From positions 2,480,001 to 2,544,000 of the forward strand of contig OZ374559.1 in the NCBI GenBank assembly GCA_977862235.1: 64,000 nucleotides of DNA, read 5' to 3'. This document shows positions 1 to 11,360 of this stretch, piece after piece; within the stretch, counting starts at the first letter, position 1, and every line of letters begins with the position of its first letter. The notes beneath the pieces were generated by a model, which saw nothing but the letters and a program-made list of their open reading frames with translations, made no database searches and was not told the origin of the DNA. Source of the stretch: Dudresnaya verticillata (Eukaryota). The position numbers were made by a program, and so were the translations under genes.

Positions 1-579
1 GTAGGACCCAGTGCGATGTCGATTACGACGCTCGAACCGCACCAAGTCTGACGGCATGGCCGTTTGGGGATTATCCATCGCGAATTTGAAGTTGGATGTC
101 TCGTCCCAGCGGACCACGCGCGCCATGGTGTAAGGGTAATTGTCCCTACCACTGCGAATAAGTGGGCGCTCGTGCGCAACCATCCCGAGATCGTACTGCC
201 CAGCGTCGTGCACGCTCTGCATCTGCTCCAGCTCGAAGTTGAGCTTGTCGCACAATGTGGCGGTGTAGCGCACTTCATGGCGAAAGCGCGGGTGCGCTAA
301 GTCCCATTGCCATGGACCCGCGAGGGCGGGCAGACGACGGTTAAGACCCGTCAGCAGGGATAGACGCGCCCGGGCGTGAGTATTCCAAGTACGACGTTGG
401 GCTTGGCGCGCTCCGCGACGGCGGATGTCGGTGCGATCAGCGCCAGTACGCGCTTTGAGATGCGCGACGTCGGTGCGCACTCTCCAGTCGCGGCTCTCCT
501 TGACAATGAGGGGCACTCCCATCTCATCGACCTCGAGTCCTAGCACGCCGTTGCTAGAACCGGCGGCTCCATAAGCCAT
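1..579 (-). CDS. Partial antisense ORF of the LTR element (193 codons in window, open off the left edge), unknown function
   Basis: Hand translation from ATG 579 gives MAYGAAGSSNGVLGLEVDEMGVP...VHDAGQYDLG...RHRTGSY with no stop to base 1. Shares DAGQY and HRTG motifs with the ORF at 62467. Confidence 0.65.
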   Translation of the reverse strand, partial: MAYGAAGSSNGVLGLEVDEMGVPLIVKESRDWRVRTDVAHLKARTGADRTDIRRRGARQAQRRTWNTHARARLSLLTGLNRRLPALAGPWQWDLAHPRFRHEVRYTATLCDKLNFELEQMQSVHDAGQYDLGMVAHERPLIRSGRDNYPYTMARVVRWDETSNFKFAMDNPQTAMPSDLVRFERRNRHRTGSY

Positions 580-1798
580 ATGGCTGTTGTTCATCCCGCT
601 CCGATAGGGCACACAAGTCTCCCGACAGAGTCACAATAACCACTTCTCCTCGAAGATCTTGAACGGCAAGGCCGCAGGGTAGTGGAAATCAGGCGAAGGC
701 GCCGTTGATCACGACCGAAGGCTGGCACTCGACCGTGAGCACAGCCACCGCGGCTCGTCGAAATGAAAACGGCACCGCGGGGCGGTAGGTTGGAGCTGGT
801 AGGAAAGCGCAGGGCGCGGAGATGGTTGGAGATGGTGGTGAGCAGGGTGGGTGTGCACACGACACTGTAGCGGAAGCCGCTGTCATGCCGCTGAAGTATG
901 CAGCCGCTTGGGGCTTTCCGCGCGAAGGCACAAAAGGTTCGTCACAATAATAAGACGGTCGCCGTCGAGACTGGGACGCCGAAGCAAGTGATTTCTCACT
1001 AATGTGAACGGTTCCACAACGGCCACCAGTGGCGGCGGTTACAAGTGAGCCGTTGGCCCAATACCCCACTGGGATTTCAAGCTCGCCCAAGACGGGGCCA
1101 ATAGAAACAGCCTTGCTGGCTTCGCGGGCCTCTCAGCCTTAAAAAGGGGGCCGTGTGGAAGAATGAGCCGCAGCAGAAGTGCTGGCGCACTGTAAGGCGT
1201 TTGTGCGCATTAAGGTGTAAGACGCCCGCGCGCATCAAGCTGTATAGCGCGCACAAGCACCGTGCGCTGTAAGGTCGATGCGCCTCTCTGGCGTCCCTGC
1301 TGGCACCAAAAGTGATGGCAAATTGCCATTGGGTAATTTATTGTGGCCGCTCACGCGTCCCAACGCGGTACTACCACTAATCCGTATTTATAACTGACAA
1401 CAGTACGATTAGATTAATAAGTACAGCTAGAATAGCTTAGAATAGCTCCTATAAGGTAAGAGCATTTTCGGCGCTGTATACTTAATAGGCCCCTGAGTAC
1501 CAGGGGCCTCCTGAATAGAACCCACGGTGGGTTTCGGGTCTTTACCCTTTTTCTGGAATTTACGGACTCACCGTAACCTCCCTTTCAGGTGCTTTACGAG
1601 CCTTCACTCCACAAGACGGTTGCTCTGTGCGAGCTGGGTGGCGCCACCCCTTTTCCCCCCTTTTCCCATAGGCTCTGTGCGTTTCAAAGTCTCACCAAAC
1701 CCTTTTCCCGAGCTACCTAAGCTAGTGTGTTGTGCACCGTCAGGACAGCTGTCCTTGCCGGTTGGCGGGTTTCTGCCTTGACGGGCTGTACTACTACA
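1..1798 (+). mobile_element. 3' end of a Ty3/gypsy-like LTR retrotransposon (PPT ~1140-1153, 3' LTR 1154-1798)
   Basis: Purine tract AAAAAGGGGG-CCG lies immediately before TGTGG (1154); the segment ends ...CTACA (1798), where a gag fragment is abruptly cut. 1490-1590 resembles the reverse complement of 60420-60515 in the TSD-flanked solo LTR. Repeated TGTAAG motifs. No pol in view. Confidence 0.7.
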
Positions 1799-2158
1799 CG
1801 GGGCTAGTTGCCAGCACGGCGAGAAACTTCTGAAAAACATAATTCGCAACAGTAAGAGGATATTCTTTGTGTAACGCTTTAGCCAAACAATAGGCACCAC
1901 CTGCAGCTTGAATCTTTTCATTTCTGCAGGAATGGTCTTGATTAGATCCAACGCTCGTCCATAGAGTTGCGACTGCAGTACAATACCTTGAAGGTCAGCC
2001 GGGATCTTGTTACTATTTCCAGAAGGGAGCTTGTCGTTAAACGACTTCCAGAGATGGACAGCAGCGCGGTATTGCTCTTGTGGTCCACGGCCGTTCGTCC
2101 ATGGAGCATCTCGTAGCGCCCAAGAGAATTTCGGACGACATGGCAGCTCTGGGCCCAT
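1799..2158 (-). pseudogene. gag: Copia-type gag N-terminal fragment, truncated by the LTR ending at 1798
   Basis: GPELPCRPKFSWALRDAPWTNGRG...YRAAVHLWKSF...LQGIVLQSQLYGRALDL resembles the gag N-terminus of algal copia elements (from recall); frameshifted downstream. Confidence 0.5.
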
Positions 2159-4616
2159 AACTTAAAAAGGTGAGGGAGGAACAAGGTAAATAGATGATAT
2201 GGAAAAGGAGCGGAGGGAAAGCTGTAAAAGTTCGTACTGTGTCAATTGTTGAGTTGGTTGATCATGTCATGCCGCGATTCAGACATGATTATAGAATGTT
2301 GTCCTACTTATGGAGTTCGAGCTCCGCTGCGTCACTAGAGACCCAAGCTTAAACCTATGCATCTACTTCTACGAACGGTAATTTGTTGATAGAGTACTGT
2401 TTGAATAAAGCTAGAACTCTACAACTTCTTGAAGCAATACAATGCTTTCATGACGCAACCAGTGTACAGGCAGAAGACTGTTTCTATTGACAGAGTGCTT
2501 GAATATTATTAACGGTAGATAATAAAGGGTGAACCGTTTCACAGCACAGTGACTTTTCTGTTGCCACAGTGCTTGAAGAGCAGAACGGAAAACAATAAAG
2601 AATGGACCGTTCCATGGTACTTTGACGGTTCCTGTTAATGTTGTTCATAATGAGAGCTTGAAGCGGTTGGGCCATAACCGCCACAAATATTCAGCGTTGC
2701 GCTTAACGAGGGTGGCGGCGAAGTGCGAGAACCAAAGTCAGCATCGGCAAGACGCGTTGCATCCCGCTCGTTGTTGTCCAGTCCGGCTCATGATCCGCCC
2801 TGCTGTAGTTTCCTCCTTTCAAATTTCGGAGATCAACGTCGCAGCGCATGGCGCGCGGTGGACACGCAACGTGATCTCACCATCTCCAGTGCTATCACGC
2901 CCTGTTGCAGCGGGGCATTAGATTGGACCTCGGGTTTTCCAGGGCACAGAGTGTGCGTATTTTGTTGAGCGCTATACCGTACTGCTGGTGACCGGCGAGA
3001 AAGACAGGTACGGCCATGACCAACGGCTGTGAAATACATAGTGGGGTATGACTTGTGATCGGGTGATCACGATAGAGACGCATCTTCTTCTTTTGCAGGA
3101 TGGACAATGGCCAACAACGTGACGCCCATTGCGAGCTGCCGCGCATTGCCTGTTGCCTACCGGATGATATTCTATTTTACTATAGTTAAAAGGTTTTGTG
3201 TAGAATACGAAGCTTCTCTTGCTGGCTTCGAACTTCATGTGGCTGTTGGGGATACCAAAGCCTAGTGGCTGACGTTGTCTTTGAAGGAAGGTAATGTTTC
3301 TGCGGTTGACTTTATTTCAACCCAAACCCCCTCAGAGAGAATACGATTTACCTTTGCAAGCGTTGTGAGCGCGTCTGCTAGTGCAACAGTTGAGAAAATC
3401 CCCGAAGGAGACCGTCAAATAGTTCAAAGTGCCTCACTATGACAAGATCGTCTCTGCAAAGTCTGTCACAATTGCAGCGTCATCTGAACAAATCGCCTCA
3501 TAGTGAAGCACTTCCAGATCTATGACGCCCACCTCAGAGAAATCTTCCAACCTTCGCACAATCCTGCCACGGCTTCTCCTTTCTCACCCGACTGTCGTCC
3601 CATAACACATCCTAGCAGCGCTGCGCTTTGGAAACTTAAACTGGGTGCACAAAGTGAACCTTGACCAAGGCGAAGATCTCGCGAAAGTGAACGTCAAAAG
3701 AGCTGAAGGTAGACAGTCGGTACCTGATGCAGCACTGACAAACTGAGTGGCTGTGGCTCTCACGGCGGCGCGAGCTGTCGCTTTGGATCTGGTCAGCTGC
3801 ACAAACTCTTCCACCCCCAAGAAACGAGAGCTGTTCACACACACGGCAAAACTGCAACATGCTGCGCCGTGCTAAAGACACGGAGCTCGCCAGAATTGCA
3901 GAGCTGAGCGACGTTTTGGGTTGTCGCGATAAGTGGCGACGGAGACGTATGCGCGTTATGCAGCAGTGCCGGGGTGTCCTCGGAGAAGGATATGTAAAGA
4001 CCACCAGGGAGAGGTGCTGAAAGACCAGTGAAAAGCAATGTTGCATTATGGCAGATGCTGTGGTTCTTTTCCAATGCTGTACCTGGATGTTCCCAACGAC
4101 GGGGAGAACGCTTATCTTGTTCCTCAGCCATGACAAGTCAACCTCGGTGCAAGCCAACGTGTGGTCCGCTGATATCCCTGACTCGAGCAACAACGTGAGC
4201 AAATTGCAGTAGGCGTGCTTGGCCAATGGCATAGTCGGCGAAGAACATTTCGATGCCGGTGTGACGCTGCTGCTGCGGTCAGCGGCCCAAGACAGCCGGT
4301 CGTTCATTGTTCGAAATACAAACGAGGTGTTACTCCAGCTGCAGTCATGGATGATGGACTGCTGCGGTGAATCATGACTTGGGCAGCGCGACCTTGACAC
4401 GAGTACAAATTATCTCCACCGACTCGTGGTAGAACGTAGACTCGTGCCTGGGGTATGCCAGGTGCTCGATAGCAAATGTAAATCCTATGGGCGAAGTCAG
4501 CGCGCAGTGTTGCTGTAACCTATGATGGAAGTAAATGTTGCGGAACCAGTTGTCATTGGAGAGTGCTGGAGTCGCTCAGAGGTTTTGGGGTGCTGGAGGG
4601 GAGATTTTGATTAGAG

Positions 4617-6210
4617 AGAGAGAGAGACCTCTATTAAAGAACAAGAGAGAGAGAAGCCCCTTAGGGGGGCTTACGATGCAGAGCTACTGTAAAGAGGCAG
4701 AGGAGCAAGCTTGCAGCGGTTGACACTCACCGCGACGCATTGGAGAACTAAAGAGAGTAAACGAGTAGTGAGACGAAGTTTCTCCGTAGACGGAGAGGTC
4801 CCGCGCTTGCTGGCAATGAAATTAGCAATACGTTGGGCACCAATTTCAAAGCCAGATCCAACACGGCCATAGACATCTACAACCATAGGATGGAGAACCA
4901 TATCCAAACTAGCGCATACGTGGCGGTAATGAGAGCGTTTGACACGTTCGCGGGCTGCAATTGCTTGGCCAGCAACGCGACCAGTGGAGCCATGAATAGA
5001 ATGGGGACTGACGACCGAGACATCAAATCCATGGGGGTGAGGGGCAAAGCCACGATCATCAACGAAAATATCCATACGCAGCTGGTCACGTGGATCAACA
5101 GGATATGCGGGACCACCAGAAGCAGCATGACGCTCGTCACGTTTGCGTTCAGCACGTGTTCGGACACCTTTGGGGACAGAGCTACGGGACCCATGCTCAT
5201 CCGAATAAGTGAAACGATGTTCAACTTCAACGCGCACGCCATAGGGGCGGGCGATAGTCTGAAATAAGACGCTTAAGGTATCCTGAAGATGATCATGACG
5301 GCGTATCGTGCCCTCACGAGAAGAGCAGACCGTAGCGTGATGCCCATAAACATCAAGAAGAGGGGGGGGCAGAAGCGGTACCATCAACACAACGGGGGCA
5401 TGGGTCATCTCCACTGAAGATGGGAAGTCCAAGTCGTAGCTGGATCATCGGTATCCAGACTTCAGGTTCGACTCGAGTACCGTGGAAGGAGGAAGGTACA
5501 GCAGCAAATGCGCGAGCAGAACTGGCCGTGCAGGTAGATTGCAGACGAAGACGACAGCGAAGATCGTCACTAGAGTTGGATGACGGTGCTATAGAGGCCA
5601 AAACCACGGCATTAATAGAAGAAAAAAGCTCATGATGCACAGACCCGGGAGACCTTGAGTCATGGGGAGTAGCATGGAAAGAATTCAAGAACGTAGTTAC
5701 ATCATTAAGTCGGGCTTGACAATTGTTGCCAACAGAAGAGCGGAGACGGCCTAGGGAAGGCCCAAGGGTCTTGTCAGCAGGGAAGGGAAAAAGACCAAGA
5801 ACTGTCCGGATGGTAGACATGCTTGAACCGAGAGACGCTAGATAGCTGAGATCCACCACAGCAGAAGTTCTAGTCAGTCCTAGGCCACCAGATCGCAGCG
5901 GTAGAGAACTGAGCTTCCAAATCGAATCGGTTAAGAGACAATGAGTTTGTTCAAACACCCGTCGCATTCCAAGGTCGTGGGACACGGCAATGGAAGAGGT
6001 TAAGTGCGGAGGGGCAGTTCGAAGCAGGTAGGATAGTTTTGATACACCAGCACAGAATCGTAGAAGGTGAAACACAAGTTGAGGGTCACCGAGAGAAAGT
6101 AAACGATCCCAGAGCAGAGCCACGGACTGTAGTTTCTTCGTCAAGATAGCCTTACAGGAATTGTCAGCCCCAATAGGGAAACCTAGAACCTCAATGGCAG
6201 CATTTCGGTA
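4617..6210 (-). mobile_element. 5'-truncated CRE/R2-group non-LTR retrotransposon (post-RT region, CCHC finger, restriction-like endonuclease), (CT)n tail, 10-bp TSD
   Basis: Motifs VLGFPIG, YLLRT, LPLRSGGLGL, CPRC...HATVC, RRHD, RMDI, GFDVSV, K...Y in ORFs 5353-6291 and 4671-5432, joined by a frameshift in the G8 run 5362-5369. TTGATTAGAG at both 4607-4616 and 6211-6220. Confidence 0.9.
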
Positions 6211-6429
6211 TTGATTAGAGCCATATTGGGTCCGACTCGTACGACATGGCGGTTCGGGTTGGCTGGTTAGAAGCGGCAAGCCCGTGACCAAGCCCTCGCA
6301 CGGGTACTCGAGAGGTGGAGTCTTGCGTCAGAGCGACCCTAGACAGGCGTCACATCGTGTTGAGCCCAGACAAAACGGCGTGAGTGCTATGGTGGGGAAC
6401 GATAAGCCTGTGGGGAAGACGCTGCACTG

Positions 6430-6630
6430 TTCACGGAATGAGCGTTGTGGGTGGCGAGGAGTCCAGACGGGTGGCGCAGAGTGTTTCGCTCAGTGGACGA
6501 AACAGTGCGGGTGTGCGACTTGGGCAATAGTAATGCTGTGGGTGAGAAGTTGCGTGATCGCACGATTTGGATGCGGTGCGTAGGGGTAACTTCGGACTGG
6601 CAGCAGATCCTGTCCGGTTCAGTACAAGAC
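6430..6630 (+). pseudogene. Degenerate WD40-repeat fragment
   Basis: VARSPDGWRRVFRSVDETVRVCD...GEKLRDRTIWMRCVGVTSDWQQILSGS matches the VAxSPDG..SGS.D.TVRVWD...L.GH..WV..V consensus with decayed key residues. Confidence 0.65.
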
Positions 6631-7479
6631 CGTGGCGGTGTGGAACGCGAAGAGGGACATGCACGCGCGCGAGCTTTTGTGCAGTCGCACGAAGAGGGTC
6701 TGTTGGAGCAAGTGCTTTGAGGGCTCGCTCGTGTTGTGGGGTTGAACAGTACGATGTCTCGAAGTGGCCTGTAGAGGATAGATGATGCAGTTGGAAGAGC
6801 ACGACGGGAAACGGGGCCGGAACCCTTGGTCAAGGTATGTTACGGGGCGTGAAATAAAGTGCTCGAGGTGCTCTATTGCTCTCGAGGATGGTATGCACCA
6901 TTGATTATGGCTTCGGGGCTCGGGACCAGGGCCGGAGCGGCCGCCACCTTCCAGTACGGACACTGGGCAGGGACCGACACGACAAGGCAGCGGCGCAAGA
7001 AACTTAGCCACAGCTGGGCTAGCCTGCTACTTCTGGGAGAGCATACTTCTCCTGGACGGCATCGCCCTTGTTCACATCGTCAGTCCGGGGTTGCCAGCAG
7101 GTCTCGGAACCGGGCAACACCGATGTCCATGAACGTGATCGTTACGACAACAAACATCAGTATCCCACGAGTATGCCTGCTCGAGGACAAAGTTCTGCAA
7201 GACAAGAAGAACCCCTGTCCGCAGGGTATCCAAGATGGCTCAAGGTCTGTCATTTCTTCCTCGCTGTTCGCCTTGAATGACCGCGCTGGTGCTTCTAGGT
7301 AAGGAATCTGGTACAACAAAAGACTATCCAAACTATCCATCGACTCGGTAGCCATCAACCTCACGCTGACTCGGAAATAAGCCGCACCTGGATAGAAATT
7401 GCGAGGGGCCCAAGAAGCGACGTACGATAAGGTGGCGCCGCCGACGCGGTCAGTTCCCCAGTGCTCGTCACGGGCTATG

Positions 7480-8245
7480 CGGTTGAGATAGCCCTGGAAG
7501 ATCATGCGAACGTGCTGAGAAGCATGGTTCCAGCCGTGGCCTGCTGTCTGCCACGGCGTAGTGCGAGCCGACTCAAGCCCTTCCACAGTCCGCCGCACTT
7601 GGGATGGCCCTGGTATCCAAGGGCTACGACATGCAGAACGTGTTGGTAGGATAGATCCTCTGCACACTCGATGACACGGGGAACAGACAGCTTGCTCACA
7701 TTGGCGCAGTCTGGCGGACAGCGCAGTGCTGTTCATTCATTTGGACGAATGGATCGGGTGGATGCCGGACCTGCGGGTGGGAAACGGCGTCTAGCGCCTA
7801 GTCCGGATCGCTGCGTCCGAGTGGGCTCCCAGCTTGCGCTCATGTTGGGGCTTTGGCGGCAGCTAAGTCACCTGACGGTAAGAGCGTAAACGAAGAAGGA
7901 TGCAGAGCTCGGCACGAAGGAGCCGCGAGTCGGGGGGCACCGAAGCCTCGGAGTTGCGTCTAGCTTTCCTTCGGAGAGACAACTCGCGAAGATCGCGAGA
8001 TCAGTGTAATGCGTCGGCTTACATTCCGATGGTGTGGATTTTTGTTAATTTCCGCACAGCGTTTTGCCGCCCAAAGGTCCAACGACTCCACCGCCTTCCG
8101 GTGGGAAGACCTTCGCGAACACTCAAGCAGTAAGTCCCTTCACAGAGACTTAAGGAATAGGAAGCATTGGGGCAGGAGAAAGTTTGCGAGTTTACGTGGC
8201 CCCGTCTTCCGTTGAGATCATTAAAAGTTCTCTCTCTCTCTCTCT
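7480..8245 (+). mobile_element. Highly decayed 3' part of another CRE-like LINE ending in (CT)n
   Basis: HLGWPWYPRATTCRTC resembles RLGLPIFSGDDPCPRC; AYIPMV resembles LHPMVV; ends ATTAAAAGTT-(CT)n at ~8220-8245. Start is approximate. Confidence 0.45.
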
Positions 8246-9191
8246 GGTGAGCTTGGTGCTCGACACAAAGATCTCCTCAGCGGCCGATCCATTGATTTCC
8301 GGAGCTTTGCACATCATCAGCAAGGCTTCAATTCCTCTGGTACAAGTCTTCATTCCCTTCTCCGTGCCACCGGTAGAATCTCAGGATGAGCCATTGTGCC
8401 CTCCGTAAACATATCACGCCTTCGAATTATCGGCGTGTTCTTAGCGGCACCTGTATGTGCTATGGTTCGTGATGTATTCGTTTGTACTGGTGTCGGGCGC
8501 TTTCTGCACTGGTATTCAAAGTATCGCTGATTAAGTTGCGGTCAGGAAAGGTACCTCGCCGGTTGCTGAGAATCTTGTTCCCTTAGCGTCCATCAATACA
8601 GTCGTTCTCCAGTGTGTCGCGGTCGGCATTTCCCACAGCAACTTATTCTCTCCTAGAGTACTTACCCTCTTTTGATGGAACCCACTAAACAACACAAACT
8701 TCCTCGCTTTTCAAACATCGCCGCCATCCGCGCTAAGCGCAACGCATCCTGTATCCGCGCCATGCGCCAGTGTTGCTAGTTTGAATATTCAAAGTAGCTA
8801 CTTTTTGCGAAGTTTCGCATCTATTTGGGTACCAACGGTAGCCCCAAACTCAACGCCTTCCCTCCGCCGCAGGACTCCAATAAACCATGCAAACTCTCTG
8901 ATTGTTCCTGCGAAGCGACCTTCTGAACGGCATGTTGCCCAAATGTGCCCAAAATAAAGGATGTTACAGTGTACCCCCAGAAATATATCTGAACGGCTAT
9001 ATCCTTGCCGGCTTCACGCTACTGGCAGAAGCTACGAGTCTGCCCGCCTACTCCGAATCACTTCTTATTGCTTTAAAGGCCGCGGTAGTAGTACATCTGA
9101 GCATTGTACAGCATTCTGATGCATACCTCCACTTTGTTTCCACCCTGTGTTCCTTCAACCCACCTGCTCCCAAGAGTCTTGTCTACAAACG

Positions 9192-10907
9192 ATGTTTCCC
9201 CTTCTCTTGGAATCGGAATACGGATGCGGCTCGCCTTCTACTTCCCATACCGTTGAAGAAGGGGGCCTTTGGAAGGGTATCGGTCTCAATGAGGACGTTC
9301 CCGTCGTTCCGGAACCTCAAACACTCAGTCCTAAAGATCGGCCATTGATCTCTGCTTTGGAGGCCGAAGTCTCTTCATTCCGGGCCCTGACAGCTGATGA
9401 AATTGATACCATTGAGTTTCTCAACATTAACAACTCAGAGCGTATAGCTAGCGGAACAAGTCTCGGGAAAACTGCGGGCACGGTTCCTCATTTGAAGACA
9501 GATGAAATTGAACAGGGATGCTCAATTGAGAGAGCCGTCCCAGACGACAATAAGGAGGAGGACTCCAATAACAGAGTGGAACTTCAAACCCCAGGCACTG
9601 GAGGGGACGCGTTTTTTGGGACCCTTTCTGGGGTTCGTGGCTATGATGGATGTTTGATTCCCGTTCAGAACAACCCAGTCTCAGAGCTAGAGCTTGATGT
9701 ACACTCCAGTGCACAGAATAAGCTGTACCCTATTGACTTTGGACATTTACTTGAAGTTCCGGGATTGGAAGGAGAAGAGCAGATTGCAGATAAAGGAAGC
9801 AAAGATTTGGGTCTTAACACGGTGCAAAGAGGGTTTGTTCCTTGCAGTACTCGCTATTTCCCAAGTGAAGATAGCCAAAGAAATCCGAACACCCAAGAAG
9901 TAGACTCGAGTTTTAAGGAACATCGCTTATCTCAGCAAATCGAAGAAGATATATCAAAGGAAGATGGGAACCCAGAGCCCATGATAGCTTCTGGCGGCAG
10001 CGCAGAGTCTGTCCCGTTGGATTCTCAGACGAATGCACTTGAGGTTAGACCGTGTGGACAACCGGTTCGTGATCCCGAACACAGAGAATTGATACGCCAA
10101 CAAGATTGTGGTAATACCAGTAACCACGGGCCTGATCTTTCTTTGCACTTACCTCTCCATCCCAGCCTAGCCCCAGTTCTCGACCCACAACCTTGCTCCA
10201 GAAATGAGACACATGATTTGCGCATGAGGAGTTCAGAACCAAACAGTGTTTCTCCACAGACGCAAAGTGATACCCGTCCCGGAATTTCTCCAACTATTGA
10301 TTCACAGATGAGCATCCGTGTTGAGGACATTCATATGAAATTTGCAGCGGAAGAGAATGAAAGCTCTGCTAAGTGCATGTTCGACGGGTGTGGTCGGACT
10401 TTCGAGACCAGAACAGCACTTCGTCGTCATATTGGTCACTGCCATGGAACTCCATCAAGCCAGCGAAGGTACATGTGTAGTGAGTGCAAGTCGGAGTTCG
10501 GTATTCGATTGAACTGCCTGCGTCACGTGCGCGTTGCCCACAGAGAAAAGAATGTGAAATGTCCAGAGTGTGATGTTTGGTTCAAAAACAGTCAAGCAGT
10601 CACAGCTCACAGACGAAGCACGCCTGGGCACTCGCGTTTCTCTAAACCTATGCCGGGAGTTGGAAATCGCCAGAGTACGACCAACGATGAAAACATGGCT
10701 CCTGGAATAATGCCGCACCCAAAGCGAAGAAAATTGGTCCATTGTAAGGAGTGCAGCTACTCGAGCCATTACAACTGCAACTTGGCTCGCCATGTAGCCA
10801 TCACTCATAGGAAAGAACGACGTTTTCCTTGTCCCCATTGTGACTACATTGCCTCTACAAAAACCAACTTGGGTCACCATTTGGACTGCAGACATCAGGG
10901 TCTTTGA
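9192..10907 (+). CDS. C2H2 zinc-finger protein (5 fingers, long acidic/disordered N-terminus), putative transcription factor
   Basis: First ATG at 9192 within the 586-codon frame. Fingers CMFDGC..H..H, CSEC..HVRVAH, CPEC..H..H, CKEC..HVAITH, CPHC..HLDCRH; PKRRK NLS-like motif. An upstream exon cannot be excluded. Confidence 0.88.
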   Translation: MFPLLLESEYGCGSPSTSHTVEEGGLWKGIGLNEDVPVVPEPQTLSPKDRPLISALEAEVSSFRALTADEIDTIEFLNINNSERIASGTSLGKTAGTVPHLKTDEIEQGCSIERAVPDDNKEEDSNNRVELQTPGTGGDAFFGTLSGVRGYDGCLIPVQNNPVSELELDVHSSAQNKLYPIDFGHLLEVPGLEGEEQIADKGSKDLGLNTVQRGFVPCSTRYFPSEDSQRNPNTQEVDSSFKEHRLSQQIEEDISKEDGNPEPMIASGGSAESVPLDSQTNALEVRPCGQPVRDPEHRELIRQQDCGNTSNHGPDLSLHLPLHPSLAPVLDPQPCSRNETHDLRMRSSEPNSVSPQTQSDTRPGISPTIDSQMSIRVEDIHMKFAAEENESSAKCMFDGCGRTFETRTALRRHIGHCHGTPSSQRRYMCSECKSEFGIRLNCLRHVRVAHREKNVKCPECDVWFKNSQAVTAHRRSTPGHSRFSKPMPGVGNRQSTTNDENMAPGIMPHPKRRKLVHCKECSYSSHYNCNLARHVAITHRKERRFPCPHCDYIASTKTNLGHHLDCRHQGL

Positions 10908-11194
10908 CTTTTCTTTTGTTGCGAGTTACGGGATTTTCGGACTGGAATTTGCTGTTCGGATGAGTACGGGAAAATGCATAGTGAGGACTGTCAAAGGGCA
11001 GGGTTGGGACAACGGAGGGACCCTGCAATAGAAAATAAAGTGAACGGACAAGTTCTCGTTCATAGAGGGAACCTATCGCGTCGCTCCAGCGCCTCCCTCT
11101 TCCAGTGAGCCGTTTACATTTGTACTTCTCGAAATGGGCTTTGCTCAAGCGGTATGTACGATATTCGCATCTCCTATTTTTTGCTCTACCTCGA

Positions 11195-11213
11195 TAAATA
11201 GAGGTCTCTCTCT
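11195..11213 (+). mobile_element. 19-bp extreme 5'-truncated LINE tail insertion with 11-bp TSD (mirror 28643-28661)
   Basis: TAAATAGAGGTCTCTCTCT matches the LINE 3' end (AATAGAGGTCTCTCTC, reverse complement of ~4617-4635) and is flanked by CTCTACCTCGA at 11184-11194 and 11214-11224. Confidence 0.7.
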
Positions 11214-11360
11214 CTCTACCTCGAAAACATCTCTTTTCCTAGTTTTCTCGGCACAAACGACTCTCTGGCTTTCAGGTACACTAGATGAAGTTTGTTGAGT
11301 AAACTTTATCACCATGGGATGTTCTAGCTCCAAAGTAGATTTCATTACCATTGATCACTC

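Noticed and set aside
2149..2679. Half-tRNA-iMet PBS-like strings at ~2149-2162 and ~2666-2679 (minus strand)
   Set aside because: The first lies in apparent gag coding (MGPELP), and neither abuts a clear ...CA LTR end.
2700..4500. ORFs 3636-4400, 3584-3844 and 2972-3238 as genes
   Set aside because: No recognisable motifs; probably decayed sequence that I cannot assign.
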